DNA of 64,000 nt from Larinioides sclopetarius (GCA_964023285.1 CAXIEN010000102.1:2999528-3063527), one strand, 5' to 3'. Shown: positions 38,059 through 52,039, counted from the first letter of the stretch. The notes: generated by a model from the letters alone, not told the origin. Numbers and translations are program-made.

Positions 38059-41000
38059 CTAAAAATAGTAATATATATACTTATAATAAAAAAAATGAAA
38101 GAATAGAAGGAGCACCATGAAACAGAATAAAAAAAATTATAAACATGGAAAATATTTCTCAACTGGAAGATAAAATGAGATTCATATTTTGGATCTGTTT
38201 TTACTGCATCTAATAATTTAATGTTAAATATATGTAATTAGTTTTCAAAAAACACAAAACTAGAATCAAGTAAAAAAAAAATCATACAAGAAAATATATA
38301 CATCACACAACAAATACATTACACAGTTAAAAAAAATATTTTAAACTTCTCAGCATCTCAAGGGAGAGTAGAAAGTTTGAAGTAGGTTCCAATAAAAATT
38401 AAATGGATATGTCCAACTCCCAAAAGAACATAAACGAGAAGAAAGAATGAGGGGTGGGTGAGAAATAACGATGAAGAGATTGAGGAGACAGAGTAAAAAT
38501 ATATTTTTGAAGAAAGTCCATTTTTTAAAATGTCAATGTTAAAAATATTTGCTTCAATTGCATAGTGTTTATATGAAAAAAAAATGATTATGAATAGTGT
38601 TGTAATGAATTTTGCTAGAAAAATATATTCTATACAATACAAATGCAATTTCTTTTAAAATACCCATTGCATTTTATCATTTCAAAGCCATGTTATCTTT
38701 GTGATAAACATGTCTAAATTAGAAAAATTCAGCTTCATGGTAATTTTTGGGTTTTTTTAAGGTACACATACTGTATTATTGTACATAAGGTGAACAATAA
38801 TACACTGTCCTAGGTGCTATTCAATGTTTGATGTGACTGAAAATTATTATATCATCAATACACCTGTCTGGTTGAGATTGTTTAAGTAAATAATTTTACT
38901 TATTATTTTAAAAGTAGCGAACAATAGTTAAAATTCAGGATGTATCTCTAGTTAAAATTCAGGATGAAGTGTCTGTATGGTATAAACCAGGTGCAACATA
39001 AATTCGTGTAAGATTAAAAAATTCATTATAAAAAAGTAATGCTCGGAAAAAAAATTTGGATTGCATGAATAGGATGAGAGAAACGAATTTTTTCCATCCA
39101 TAAAAATTATTCAAGAATAAACTGAATGAGGGTGAGATATTTTATACAAATCAGACAAACATCAATCATCTGGCTAGAAATTAATTTCTTATTCAATTCT
39201 GGCAGCACGTGCTATTGTTACCAGATTGAAGGTTGGTGGTTAAACATACATACAAGAAAGGGGATTTCACATTTATTGCATTGCAAACATTTTACATAGA
39301 GAGAGAATTTAAGGTGTAAAAAGTGCACTATTTTATTGAATGAAATATTGAAATTAGGAATTTTTTTTATACGTGAAAAAGATTCAATGTCACTTTGATC
39401 ATATTCACACAAACCAAACTTTTTTCTGAACCTTACTTTTTTTATTTTGAATTTTTTAAATTTGTACAAATTTATAATAAACCCAGTTCTTGTGAATTTG
39501 AAGAAAAGGTTTTATTATATTCATTTTTATTGAAGATATACATTATAAAGCTTGTTCCAGAACAAACAGAATCAAAATAAACATTCAGAATATCTTTATA
39601 ATCACAGTTTTAAGAGAATTCAGGATTTCCGGAAGACTATCCAGAGTAATGCTTGTAAAGAAATCTTTAATATTATAAGTTTCTATGTATGTCATTCTGT
39701 CTTTATTGTTGTGAAAGAATTTAATATAGAATTGTAAAGTAGAATGCAATGTTTATGATTTAAATACAATTAGGGTTATTCTTTAGGAAGCCCTGTGGAA
39801 GACAGTTGCTGACACAGTGACAATGTTGCAGAATAGCAAAGAGTTTCTACAGAAAGATTTTCATTTTGGAATAAATAATATTTTTGGGGAATCTATAAAA
39901 TTCATATAAAAGTGCCAAAAATGTTACGCAGAATTTGCTTTCAAAAATTCTGGATCAGATGAAAGAGCAAGATAGAAGACCTTTCACCAATAGTTATAGA
40001 GATTATTGCTATTCAATTTGAAAATGGCCGTTTTTATTTGTTTATTTATTTTACAGACAACACAGTCTTTGTAGACACCAATTTGTGTCAGTTAACTTTA
40101 TGCTGTATAATTATTTTGAGATAAATGGAAATAAATTTCAGAAGTTCATAGGATAATTTAGGTTGTCGTAATATTAAGAATAATCGAAATTTCCAATAAT
40201 GCTATGAAAAATAAAATTCATATTAAAAATTTAAACTAAATTAATTATAAATTGCAACTAAGCAGAAACAAATATTAAGTGAATTTAAAGGTGAAACCAA
40301 TTATCACAATGTTTCCCTGTTGTAGAAAAATACAGTTGCAAAAAGCTAATGCTTGCTTTTTTGTTTTCAGATTTGTTTTTACAAAAAAAAATCTAATTTG
40401 GTTTCTGAATATTGATTGTTCAAGTGAAATAAAATGAATTCTGGTATAGCATTAAAAATAAAAGAGAAATGAAAGGAAAAAAATATTTTCAAAAGAAAAT
40501 GGTTTCTTAACATAGGTGACAAATAGACTTGGCAATACAATAAAATTATAATAAAAAACATATATTTAATGTGTTTAATAAATTGAAGACAGTCGATTCT
40601 GATTCTATAAAAAACAAAAGAACAATTAGGACTAGAAACTAGATATCAGAAAAACTTTAAGAACATTTTAGAAGAACATCATTTTTTTTGGCAAGAGATT
40701 CAAACTTAACAAGGAATCTTCAAATGACTCTAAACCAAGAGAAAATTCATTCAGAGTACTTTTTTTTATTACTATCTATATGTTTCTAAATCTAATTTTT
40801 GTTAAAAAACTTTAAAAAATAAAAATTTTATTTACATTTTTTTTCCAAATTAACTTTATTATCCTTTTACAATAATTTTTCGAAATATAAATTTTACTTA
40901 AAAAAAACAGCATTACTTTCAAATCTAAATTATTATTTAGGAATAAATAGGTTTTAAATTTTTAGTTTCACTGATATTTCAGGCTTTATGCCATTTCTTT

Positions 41001-41138
41001 TTTTTTACCATAATAACAAAAAACCCTCTCTTTTTTAAAAAATTCTTAATAAATTTAGCTCTTAAAAATTTTACTTGATTAACTGTTAATTTTAAGCTTA
41101 CATGCAAATAGCTAATCTTGAATTGAGTTTTTCATATA

Positions 41139-42708
41139 CAGGGTCTTTATAATTAAAGTTCCACTTTGAAATGGCTATAAAAATAAAACTACCCGACCAA
41201 ATGTCATCAAACTTGGTAAATGTCTATAAGAGGTCATGGGATTTTAGTTCCCGCAAAAAAAGTTCCAAAATTCACCACCAGCAGAGAATGGCGCTGTATT
41301 CAATAGCGTTAAACGAAATAAAAGAGGAAAACATCAGTTGCAAACACTTTTATTGTTGCTACATTTTCTGAAAGCAAATGAAATCGCAATATTGCATTCT
41401 CAACAGGACTTCTAAGCATATCTGGAGAAATGTTACGGACATGTCTGTGTATCGCATTCTTCAATTCCACTAAATTGGTTATGTTATCACCATAAGCAAT
41501 GGCTTTGAGATAACCCCACAACCAGAAGTCACAGGGGTTGAGGTCTGGTGATCGGGCTGGCCAAGAAAATGGGAAGTTTCGGGTTACAATAAGGTCGTTC
41601 GTGAAATGTTGCTGCAGTAACTGTTTGACACACCCACCAATGTGAGGTGGAGCCCCGTCCTGCATAAAGATCGTGGTGTCTAAAATGCCCCGTTGCTGAA
41701 GTTCAGGTATCACGAAACATCTGAGCATCGACTCTAAGCGAGCAGCAGTCACAGTGCATGTCACGGGCCCAGCTGCCGATGGCTCTTCAAAGAAAAAAGG
41801 TCCAATTATGAAATTTGCTGTCATATCGCGCCAAACGGTGACTTTAGGCGAATGTAATGGAACTTCGTGGATAATATGACGGATTTCTTTGGCCCAAATC
41901 CTGCAATTATGGGTGTTTACATCCCCATTTAAGTAAAAATGTGCCTCATCTGTCCACATAATGTTCCATGGCCAATTGATGTCCACCTCCATCCGTGCCA
42001 GAAAACTCAAAGCAAATGTTTCTCTTAAAGCCGGATCTCTAAGTTGAAGTTGTTGAACAAGTTTGATTTTGTAAGGGTAGTACTGCTACACTTTCCGAAC
42101 TATTTTGTATACCGTACTCAATGGTAAGTCGAGTCGACGTGCAACAGCACTTACGCTGCGCGTTCCCTGTCTGCTGTCCATTGATGCTTCCTCTACTGCT
42201 AATGCAACAGCCTCGATGGTTTACACAGACACAGATTTTCGTCCACGCCCAGGTGCTACAGATAACAAACCTGTGGCTTGAAATTTTGCTATCATTTTCC
42301 TTAAACCTTGCGGTGTCATTGGACCTCGGCGTTTTCCTCTTACAGTACGGAACTGTTGTAAAGCCCTCCGTTCATTGCTGTCTCATTCATAGTAACATTT
42401 CACGAGCAAAGCACGGTCTTGCATGGTAACAGACATTGTCGACTCAAAACACTGACAGCTCAGACAAGACGCCTCACTTTTATAACTGCAAAGTCACATG
42501 ACGTGTAAAACAAATTTGCATATTTCACATTTGTTTAACACTATTGCATACAGCGCCATTCTCCGCTGGTGGTCAAATTTGGAACTTTTTTTGCGGAAAC
42601 TAAGATCCCATGACCTCTTATAGACATTTACCAAGTTTGATGACATTTGGTCGGGTAGTTTTATTTTTATAGCCATTTCAAAGTGGAACTTTAATTATAA
42701 AGACCCTG
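41139..42708 (-). mobile_element. mariner-like (Tc1/mariner superfamily) DNA transposon, about 1.57 kb, with about 200-bp terminal inverted repeats, TA-flanked
   Basis: The left end is CAGGGTCTTTATAATTAAAGTTCCACTTTGAAATGGCTATAAAAATAAAACTACCCGACC.. (41139-). The right end is its reverse complement, ending ..AAGACCCTG at 42708. The two ends correspond to each other over about 200 bp, and both are translated by chance as MAIKIKLPDQMSSNLVNVYKRSWD.. on opposite strands. TA flanks lie at 41137-38 and 42709-10. Internally there is a transposase with a D..D..D catalytic motif (DEAHFYLNG; FMQDGAPPH; WPARSPDLNPCDFWLWGYLK). Confidence 0.85.
41309..42424 (-). pseudogene. mariner-family transposase, disrupted by in-frame stops in the N-terminal HTH region; the C-terminal 233 aa are open
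   Basis: The N-terminal translation reads MQDRALLVKCYYE*DSNERRALQQFRTVRGKRRGPMTPQGLRKMIAKFQATG..SV*. This is mariner-type HTH with two stops. The C-terminal ORF 41309-42010 carries DDE/D catalytic residues. By my count there are 42 residues between the second and third catalytic Asp. That would suggest a DD41D-like spacing rather than DD34D, but it needs a proper alignment. Confidence 0.7.
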
Positions 42709-43646
42709 TATTTTTCTGTAGTTTTTTATTACATAAATCTGATTTTTTTCCCTAAAAAAACTCATGATTTTGATATTTTAATTAATTTGAGTTATTAAAT
42801 TTAACTTTACTCATAAATAAATAAATTTCTAATTTACCTTAAGTTTCATTGATATTTCAGGTTATATATAATAATTTATTTCCTGAAATTCTTAATCAAT
42901 TATACTGCTTGATGTTAACACATTTTTGACAGCTAACTAATCAAATGCAAGTCTGGAAAAGGTCAAACAGCATGGATATTATCTCCGGTTAATAATATGT
43001 TAAAAGGGGATTTATAGAAAATCTAGCACATTGTGACAATCACCAGTGACCCACATTGATCTATTTAATTAATTACCTTTTCTCTACTATAATGAAAAAG
43101 TAGCAGAAAAGGGGCCATCTAATTAGATGGTTTGAACCCCAGGTATGAATCAGGGCATTAAACATATTAAATTTTTGCAAGAATTAATACTTTTATAATT
43201 TTGGTTATTGTCAAAAGGTTTATTTTTACTGTGAAAGACATTAGAATCATTCTGGACCTGATTTCGACATTGTTTAGAGCCAGTCTTTTTTTTTTCTTCC
43301 CCTCTAAAATTTCATAAATGTCAGAAGTTTCCTAAAAGCATTTGTTAAATGTGTTGTATTTAAGCATCAAGTAAAGCTGTCAAAATTCTAAGAAAATAAA
43401 TATTATATTATTTATGACTTACTCTTAAATTTGCATATTTGCAAATTCCTACTTTGAGGAAATTTTTCGCATAAAGATTTAGGTATTAAAGAAATTTGCC
43501 ACAGACAGCATAATTTTCTGCCACAGGGTTAGGAAGTTATATTTTCTAAAATGTTTGGTAGTTTAATTCTCAATGAATTATTCCATTCTAACATTCAGCT
43601 ATATGGACAATAATGCTATCATAAATGAAAAAAGAATTAGACTTAC

Positions 43647-44119
43647 TCAAAAAAATATGCAAGACATGGCGATGCATCTATACATTTCCTTAAATCAAAT
43701 TTGCATTTCATTTTCAAAGATAGCTCTTCACTGTTCTGTAAATCATTGTTGATTATTTTGGAACTACAAGGTTTCTCCTCTATGTGCTTACAAATTAAGG
43801 AATAACCTCTTCTAGTTACTACTTCAAAACATTCACAGCCAATAAGACGTGCTTTCTTTGGAGCAGATTCACTGAGCAAAACATTATTAGAAACAAATGC
43901 ATTCTGGGCTTCTTTTTTTTCCTGAGTGTCTTGCATATAAAATTTAATGAGTTCAAACACATCTTTAAATGTATTATTTAAAAGTTTATCAGTAATTTCT
44001 GGTATTTGTATAAGGAATTCCCATTCAATATCTGAAGTCAGTTGTAAAGCCATGAAAGAATCTCCACCACTCAGAATAAAATTATCCATATCCTTTACTG
44101 TCTCTTGATTAGTATATCT
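43647..44119 (-). CDS. AASDH: AASDH-like exon encoding the phosphopantetheine-binding (PCP/thiolation) domain and the start of the beta-propeller (..TVKDMDNFILSGGDSFMALQL..)
   Basis: The GGDS(F/L)xAxxL carrier-protein signature is present. The acceptor is ttttgttacag|AGA. The donor is GA|gtaagt at 43646-43641. The exon ends in phase 2 and joins in frame to the next exon (ga+g = Glu). Boundaries are good to about 1-2 nt. Confidence 0.7.
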
Positions 44120-47100
44120 CTGTAACAAAAGTAAAACCCCATTAAATAGAATAAAAATGTAAAAAATAATACATTTTTTGTTCCAACATATTTTAAAGGG
44201 GAATTTACAAATCAATTTCATTTTGCTTTTTCAAAAAAAAATCAATATATAATTAGTTTAAAATTTTATTATATGCACACATAATAATAAATTATTGAAA
44301 AAAACATATTACACTGTATATCGTAGTCAGTAATTTTAATCTATCACATAATAAAAATCTAAAATTAATCAATACTTCATTTATAATGCAATTAAAATAT
44401 TGAGTATAACGAACAGTAATCAGAATGAAAAACTATGCAAAAACATTTACACAATACAATTTTTTTAGTTACACTAATATCTTCAAAGAAAAAGAAAAAG
44501 TAAAATGTGAGATGGATGACAGTAAATAGTACAAATGAACGAGTTTATTAATCATAAATAATGCAGAGTACATATAAATTTCATCTTTATTTTTACAATT
44601 CTTAATGTATTGAAATGCAACACAGATGGAATTTGTATACTAATAAAGACATTATAATTAAAAACAAATAACGCAACACTAAATCATTTGAAAATAAAAA
44701 CTGTTTTGCAATGAACTTAAACATCATTTTGTATCTTTTTTTAGGAGGAAGAGGCGGTGCTCCTCTGACAAAAAACACTGTCGAGACATTGATTCTATTG
44801 AAGGCAGTAATGAAACATTCAAAGCACTATCTATGTGAGATGAAATAAAACGGTGATGAGAGCTTAATGATTCCTTTAATAAAACAGAATCCAGACATTG
44901 AACTCTTTTTCTTGGCCATACAAGCATATAATGTTAAATACTCGGGACAGGCCAGAAAGAAAAAAAATTATGACAATCGAGAATCTTCAATTCCCATATA
45001 ATTAGTAATCACTTCACGATTTAGTTATTAATTTCAACGTGCATCTTTATTTCTTACGAATCTGGAAAAAGAATTAAATGTTTGTTATATATTACATTAG
45101 AAAAGTTTACTACCATATGACAAATTCGGTCAAATATAAATACAAAAAAGCAATTAACATATAATTTAGAAGCACACACAGTGGCTGATGTGTTATATAG
45201 AAGTTAATGTGTTAAATAAGCAGAGGAATAATATATTGAATTTCTGCTCTTTTCATTAATAGCACATGTCTAAGATTGTGAAACTGTCACTAAATAGGAA
45301 CAAATTTCATAGGATCAAAGAGTATCTGACTTTCAAATAATTCTCCAAAACTTAAGTGTTTTATCAGCAAGTTCAACAAATAAATGTAGAGTAGATTAAC
45401 TTCTCTCTAAATATATCGCACAAAATAAAGAAAATCATAGTGTAATGCATGGCCCAGTTGTATATTTGGCATTTATTTTGCACTAAAAGATCTGTGACAG
45501 TCTAAAACAGGCTTTTAGTTTGACATCAATATCTCAGATTTCAAACTAAAGTTGTTGAAGAAAATCATCTCCACATTGCAAAATACTAAATAAATAAAAA
45601 AAAATCATGATCCATAATGTGTACCTGCACTAAAATCTCACTAAAAAAATATGCAAAAGAAAAACATCAAAATACTTTTTCTTTCAAAAGTAACGGAAGT
45701 CGCTCTCAGAATTTAAGGAACCTGCACCTCATCCCCAGTTCATCAGTAACTGAAGAATTGAGTTCCATCCTCTCTCAATTCTAGGAAAAAACCCTTGGTA
45801 ATTGGGGTCTATGTGAATGTTTCTGGGGAGCGCTGCAAATGCGTGTTTGGTACAATGACCGTTGTAGGAGAGGTGGCAAGTGGGTGCCTGGTATGGTAGG
45901 TCATAGCCAAGCCATGCTCATCATTAAAAGATGGTAGAGGACAAATATAATATAGAATGAAATTGAATAAATTTTTTAAACATATTTTATTGTTTGTATG
46001 TCATGCTACATATTATATTTTTAAAACAATTTTATAATTTGCATGCCATATAACTCATTGCTAGTACTTTTTATTTCATCAAATAAATAAATAGAAAAAC
46101 AGGACACTTGTACATTTAATGACATTTTTGTGTACTCAAACTAATCCAATGCTTTCAACACTTTGTTTGGTGAGAATAGTGCAAAATCATTACATTGATA
46201 TGAATTGTAACTAAAGCTAAATTTATAACAATTGTTATATTTCAAAATTACAGTATTGAGAATAATACCAAAAGCTAAATTAAGTGACAGTACATAGGTT
46301 GCAAAAACCATATTTAAATAATCAAAAACAGTTTTGCAAAACTATTACCTTCACTAAAGTAGATGTAGATGTCCTGTCAGCTCAATGTTAAGGGCTCATC
46401 ACCAATAACAATTTAAATACATCAAACCACATTATAACAACATTAATTTAGAAATTTAGTATAAAAAATAACAGTTATCCATCTAAATAATATCTGTCAA
46501 TGGCTATCCACAAATATCAAATTAGCATTTAATTTTTAAAGTGGGTAAAAACCTAAATATACATTCCAAAAATTTGCATAAATATGTTACAACCACTTTC
46601 TTACCTTCCACAATCTAGATAGAATATTCAAAACAGCTGAATCAGAAGTGTGCTGGCATAGTTTTCTTTCATTATTTCTTGAGTTTTTTAATGCAACCAA
46701 TTTGTTGTAATCTGCCTTTCCTTGAAATATTATAATTTGAAGTTAATTTAAATGAAATAAAAAAAGATCAAATTCATAGGATTAAAAAAGGATAAAAAGA
46801 AACAAATAGTCACATTCTAAAACGTCTAACATTACTTTCAATATGTTACAAAAGGTGGGAGGGAGAGTTACAGCATTTATTTATATATTCTTAAGAATAA
46901 GGATGAACTACAATGAAAAATGATTTTAAATAAAGTTCTAAAAATGAAATGTATATAAACTCAATTTTTTTAAAGCTGTTAATGATTTTATCTTTAAATA
47001 AAAAAATCTGGAAATAAGGAAATACAACAGAACTAACTTTTAAATATACTTAACAATTACAAAGTATAGCTTATAATCTAAATATTAATATTTATAATCA

Positions 47101-47174
47101 AACCCTTAATAATATTCCAATTTAAAATTAATAATAATATATTTTAATTTTGGAGTACAAGAAGCAGGTTTCTA

Positions 47175-47555
47175 ATAAAAAAATTATTTAAATAAAATAA
47201 AAAAATTAATATACCACGTTTTTAAAATCGACTAAAAAACATAAAATAATCTACCATTGGCCCATACAGATTTAAAACGAAAAACATGGGTGCATGCAGT
47301 AGATAATTGATGCATGAAATAGGTCATCTAAATTGCTAACAAACTTATTGCAATGCAAGTGATATGTGTGTAAGTTGTTGCATCAATTTTCTCAATGACA
47401 GAAACTCCCTAAACACCTTACTATTATATCTTGTATGCACCCCACGTTTTTTGTTTTAAATCTGTATGGGGCAATGATACATTATTTAATGTTTTTTAGT
47501 CCGTTTTAAAAACGTAGTATATTAATTTTTTGTATTTTATTTAAATAATTATTTC
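47175..47555. mobile_element. Foldback/MITE-like element with about 100-150-bp imperfect terminal inverted repeats
   Basis: 47177-47300 (aaaaattatttaaataaaataaaaaaattaatataccacgtttttaaaatcgactaaaaaacataaaataatctaccattggcccatacagatttaaaacg..) is the imperfect reverse complement of 47437-47553. A central loop of about 130 bp lies between the arms. Confidence 0.5.
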
Positions 47556-48822
47556 TAGCTTTTTAATCTAATGTGTCTAAAATTTTGCATACTGTGTTAT
47601 TCAAAAGCCCGTCAAGTTACGTGATGCACAGAGAACTTAAAGAAACAACTAGCATCAATAACAAAGCAATTTACTTCTCCTCCCTAGATTGTCACTCCTC
47701 TCCGAACTAATAATTTATTCTTTGATCTCCTCAGCTGCTAATTCTTGGAATGCACTTCTAAACTTCCCTCAAAGCATCTGCTATTTACGAGCGCCATCTA
47801 CCAGGACGTTGGGTTGTTTCAATGCAAAATATTAATTAAAGAATTAACAGACAAAAAAGTTTCTGTGTTTATATTGCATTATCATCTAGTTTTGAGCTAT
47901 GTTTAAAGTTGTCAGCTTATTGGAAAGTTAGTTAAAAATCGATTACAAAATTTGTACTAAATAGACAGATGGACACACAGACAGACAAGAAAGCGAGTTA
48001 ATAAAAACACGGTAAAAAAGAAGAAGACTTTAATTTATTTTATGTCAGCAAATAATTAGATTCAAACATAAACTACTGAAAACAAAGCTCTTTATATGTA
48101 TTTTGATACAGTAAAACCTGCTTAAAATGAACACTTTAAAAAAACGTGACCCTGTTTTAAGTGGAAAAAATATTTGGTCCTGACAGAAATCCTCATGTAC
48201 GTAATAATGAACCCTGTATCAAATGGAATCCTGTCTAAAATAGAAAATTTTTCTGGTCCTTTTAATGCAAGTTTCAACGTAACATTAATAAGCAATCTGT
48301 AGATTACTCAAGGCATAGATACTCTAATGGTTGGAAACTAATGGTACAATGTTTAAACATAAAATTTTCCCCCCTACAAAAGTTATATAACATATAATTA
48401 AAATAATTAAATAACAAAAACTTTTACAGTAATATCTGATCTAAGAATATGCAAATAAATGCTGCATTTTTTTCTCATTTATAATTATATATTATCTATT
48501 ATTAAAACTAGACACTGAAACAAAGTTTCCTTTAAATAATAAGAATCCTATTACTTCAATGATATATAATTTATTATTAAAACAAAAAAAAGGATCAAAG
48601 TAAGTAATGTGTAGAATGGTGGACCATCACCATAAATACTTTACTTACTCATAATCATTTTCTTTCCAAATATTTATAGGAGTTTTATTTTAAAATTATA
48701 ATAATACTTTTCAGTTTATCTGCAGTTCAGTAATTTTTAAACATTCAAAAAATTTCTAAGAATCCTTCAGAGAAAAAAGTTAATTTCATTTGAAAAATAA
48801 TAAGACCGAGGAGAAAGATAGT

Positions 48823-49214
48823 ACCATGTTTAGTTAGTGGAATGTAGGGCACAATTATCACTTCTGTTATAGGAAGACTAGAAATTGACTGCTGGAGTTT
48901 TTTCAGTACTTCATATCTAATATGTTCTTCACCAGTTCTCTTTTTGTCTAAAACAACAAACAGCAAAAGCTTTGAAGATTCAGGATCAAAATCCAAGTAA
49001 TGATTAGTGATTCTAGAAATACCTTCAACAAGAGTATTTATTGTAAGTAATGATAATTTTTGTCCTTTGAACTTTAAAACGTTATCTTTTCGGCTTTCAA
49101 AACAAAATGAATTGTCAGAAATTTGAAAAACATAGTCTCCTGTTTTACGCATAATTATGTGTTCATTATCTGGCCATTCTTCATCATTGATCACACACCA
49201 TCTTTTCTTTCCTC
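48823..49214 (-). CDS. AASDH: AASDH-like adenylation-domain C-terminal exon (A7/A8/A10-region: ..IMRKTGDYVFQ..SRKDNVLKFKGQKLSL..PYIPLTKHG)
   Basis: The acceptor is tgttttatttttttag|G at 49215-49216. The translation contains the Y(R/K)TGD and GRxDxxxKxxGxRxxL adenylation motifs and a PLTxxG A10-like end. The donor on its 3' side is not resolved. The best candidate is catg|gtact near 48822, so the 3' boundary is approximate. Confidence 0.55.
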
Positions 49215-49550
49215 CTAAAAAAATAAAACATAAGAATTTTTATTTTTAATTATAAATATAGCTAAAAAAGTTTATTTTTTTCAACCTTTTATTTCATCAT
49301 GAACATTAAGTTTTCAATAATGATTCACTCAAACACTGTTAATAATTTTATTTTTGCCACAAACTTATAGTCTGAGTAACCCCTATCCTTGAATCTTGGG
49401 AGCAGTCTGGTGGTACAAAATATACATGTCAATCATGACAGATTCAAAGGAACCACAACTACTGATTGGAATGTTTTATTCCTCACAATGGTTAAAGGCT
49501 GAGATTTAAGAGAGTTTGACAAAGGGCAGAACACGGCCCAATGTCTTATG

Positions 49551-50190
49551 ATTGTTGTGGAAGTGGTGGAGCTGGTGAGCTCTTCTTTTTCTAGAATAAT
49601 AAATATCTACAGAAAGAGACAAACACTAAGTATTAAAGCACAGTTGTAGGTGCCACAAGCTGTCATGTTTGGTACAGAACAATGGATGCCATTCTATCAC
49701 TTCAGTTGGTTACATATTTTAATGCAAACCAAAGCAGATATATTTCAGAGTACACAGATCAGTAAATACTGTCTTCATCTTTAGAACATCATCCGTTCAT
49801 AATTATTTTGGAAATGGTGGAGCTAGTTAGTTATTTTTATGCAAGAGCAAACAATATCTACAGAAAGTGGCAAACAGTAAGTATTAAAGCACAGTTGTAG
49901 GTGCCACAAGCTGTCATGTTTGGTACAGAACAATGGATGTCATTCTATCACTTCAGTTGATTACATATTTTAATGCAAACCAAAGCAGATATATTTCACT
50001 GTACACAGATCAGTAAATACTGTCTTCATCTTTAGAACATCATCCGTTCATAATTATTTTGGAAATGGTGGAGCTAGTTAGTTATTTTTATGCAAGAGCA
50101 AACAATATCTACAGAAAGTGGCAAACAGTAAGTAAGTATGAAAGCACAGCAGTAGATGCTCAGACTGTCATGTTTGGTAGAGTACCTTTG
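49551..50190. repeat. Tandem repeat, about 245-bp unit in about 2.6 copies, in the large AASDH intron
   Basis: ggaaatggtggagctagttagttatttttatgcaagagcaaacaatatctacagaaagtggcaaacagtaagtattaaagcacagttgtaggtgccacaagctgtcatgtttggtacagaacaatggatg.. is repeated at 49811 and 50056. A more diverged copy lies at 49557. Confidence 0.8.
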
Positions 50191-52039
50191 TTGCTTTTCT
50201 GAACTCATATTGACTGCTTATTTTAATACAGGGCAAGACAGATATAGGCCAGAGTACATAGCTCAGTGTGAATACTGTCTCCATCTTTTAAAAAAAGGGC
50301 TTCACTAATGCTACTAAATCTACATTCCATTATTCACTTGATACCATAATCATTTATGGTGAGGGCAAATTACTATAATCATCAGATCTCTGAACAGTGT
50401 AAAGGTATTGGTCACATTAACCTAAATTCTAGTCTTTCCTTCTAATGCATCATACATCTAGTACAGTTCTACCTACCTTCTAGTGCATCGTATCAGTAGC
50501 AGTATCAAAATGCATAAGTTCTCAAAGAAACAACTATCAGATAGATGTTAACTGATTGCAAATGCAATTCAGTAAATAAAAGGGGAGAATGTTCATTAGA
50601 TTGCCCTGTCATGGATCTGTTGTCATAGAGATCACACTATGAAAGCTATAGACTAACTTAATGCTTTTGTGCATCAGTTACATCCACTTAGGTACTTACT
50701 TTTCCAAATAGCAGACCCTTCCAACCAGTGATCTGGACTGAGGGACCCCAAAACTGGGTATCTTACAAAAAAATTTATTTTTGAATGCTGATTTGAAATG
50801 AAATATTCAGCGTTTAATAAATACTCCTCAAAACAAGCATTTGCACAAAAAAAGTATTTGTGGATGGTTATTCAGAATTAAACTTAAAATTTATAAATAT
50901 CCCAAAATGGGTATTAAGTAAAAATATAATTGAGGATAGTGAGATTCAAATAGAAGCTTTAATTGTATGACAACCTTTACACTGAATATTTTGTGCAAGC
51001 ATATAAAATTTATAACTTAACTCTTAACTGAAAATTTTACAAAAAAAAAAATGCATCTTAGAATTTTGATTCAAAATGAAACTTTAAAATAATAAATATC
51101 CCGAAACTGGGAATTTTTTAACAATTATTTGTAAATGGTGATCCAAAATAATTTTTTTTAAATAATAAAAAGTACACATAAACTGGGTATTTTGTAAAAT
51201 GAAAAAAGTATTTGCAAGATGACAATTTAAAATTAAACATAAAAGAATTTATAAGCATAGTAAATAGTTACAGATTTTTTTAAATTAAAGTTTTGACTAA
51301 ATTATATAATCAAAAGCCATTTGCTCTCTGGATGCAGAATAAAAGTGTTCTAAATCTTAAACCGAACTAGGGTATAATTTTGTTTCACTGATTGGAAATT
51401 CTGATATTTACAATAAAATAATTATTTAAAAAGTTGTTTATCTAATACCAGTTGCCTTTGGCGGCTAGCTGATTTGTGGGGAATATAATTTCAACTGACT
51501 CTTTTATGCATAGTTTGAAATTCCAGGACCAGAACAATTTACCTGAGTAATTTTACACTTCAAATTGTGACAGAGGTTTAGCCACGTTCTGTAAATACTC
51601 TAGCATATGTTCTGTTCCTTATCTATTTGGAAGTCTCTAATAAGATCAAGCTAATGTTCATTTCTAATTACTTCTAATTGTATGGAATCTATGTGAATGT
51701 GATATAACAAATTTATTTCAACATCAAAATACCTCAGCACTTTTTATGTCCAGTAGCATGTTAAATGGGTTAGAACAGGCTAATAAAATTAAACATAGTA
51801 ACCATAATCCTTGAATTTACTGGATTATTTCCTTTCATACTTACTATCTTGATGACTTTCTTTACAGATTCAGAAAAAAAAGATGATCAAGTAAGAAGAA
51901 AATTCAATGGAATATCATATTAACTTTAAACAATGGAAGAGAAAAAAAGAAATTAAATATTTGCTTAAACAAATGAAAACGGTTTGAATTCCAATGTTAC
52001 AATGTATGTAAGAAATATTTTTTTTAAAATTTACTAAAA

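Larger units (their letters stand above)
40822..42801. repeat. Second copy of the 430-bp repeat, split by the 1.57-kb mariner insertion (filled site)
   Basis: Left part 40822-41138 and right part 42709-42801 are collinear with 37309-37736. The junctions read ..ttcatata|[mariner]|ta|tttttctgtag.. The intact copy reads ..ttcatatcttatatttttctgtag.. Confidence 0.8.

Noticed and set aside
44724-44927. 67-codon minus-strand ORF between the PCP exon and the A7/A8 exon; considered as the missing linker exon (A10 tail/PCP N-terminus)
   Set aside because: No frame gives a GKxDR or LxxIWxxVL-type sequence with usable splice sites and correct phase. It is retained only as an unresolved possibility under the AASDH finding.
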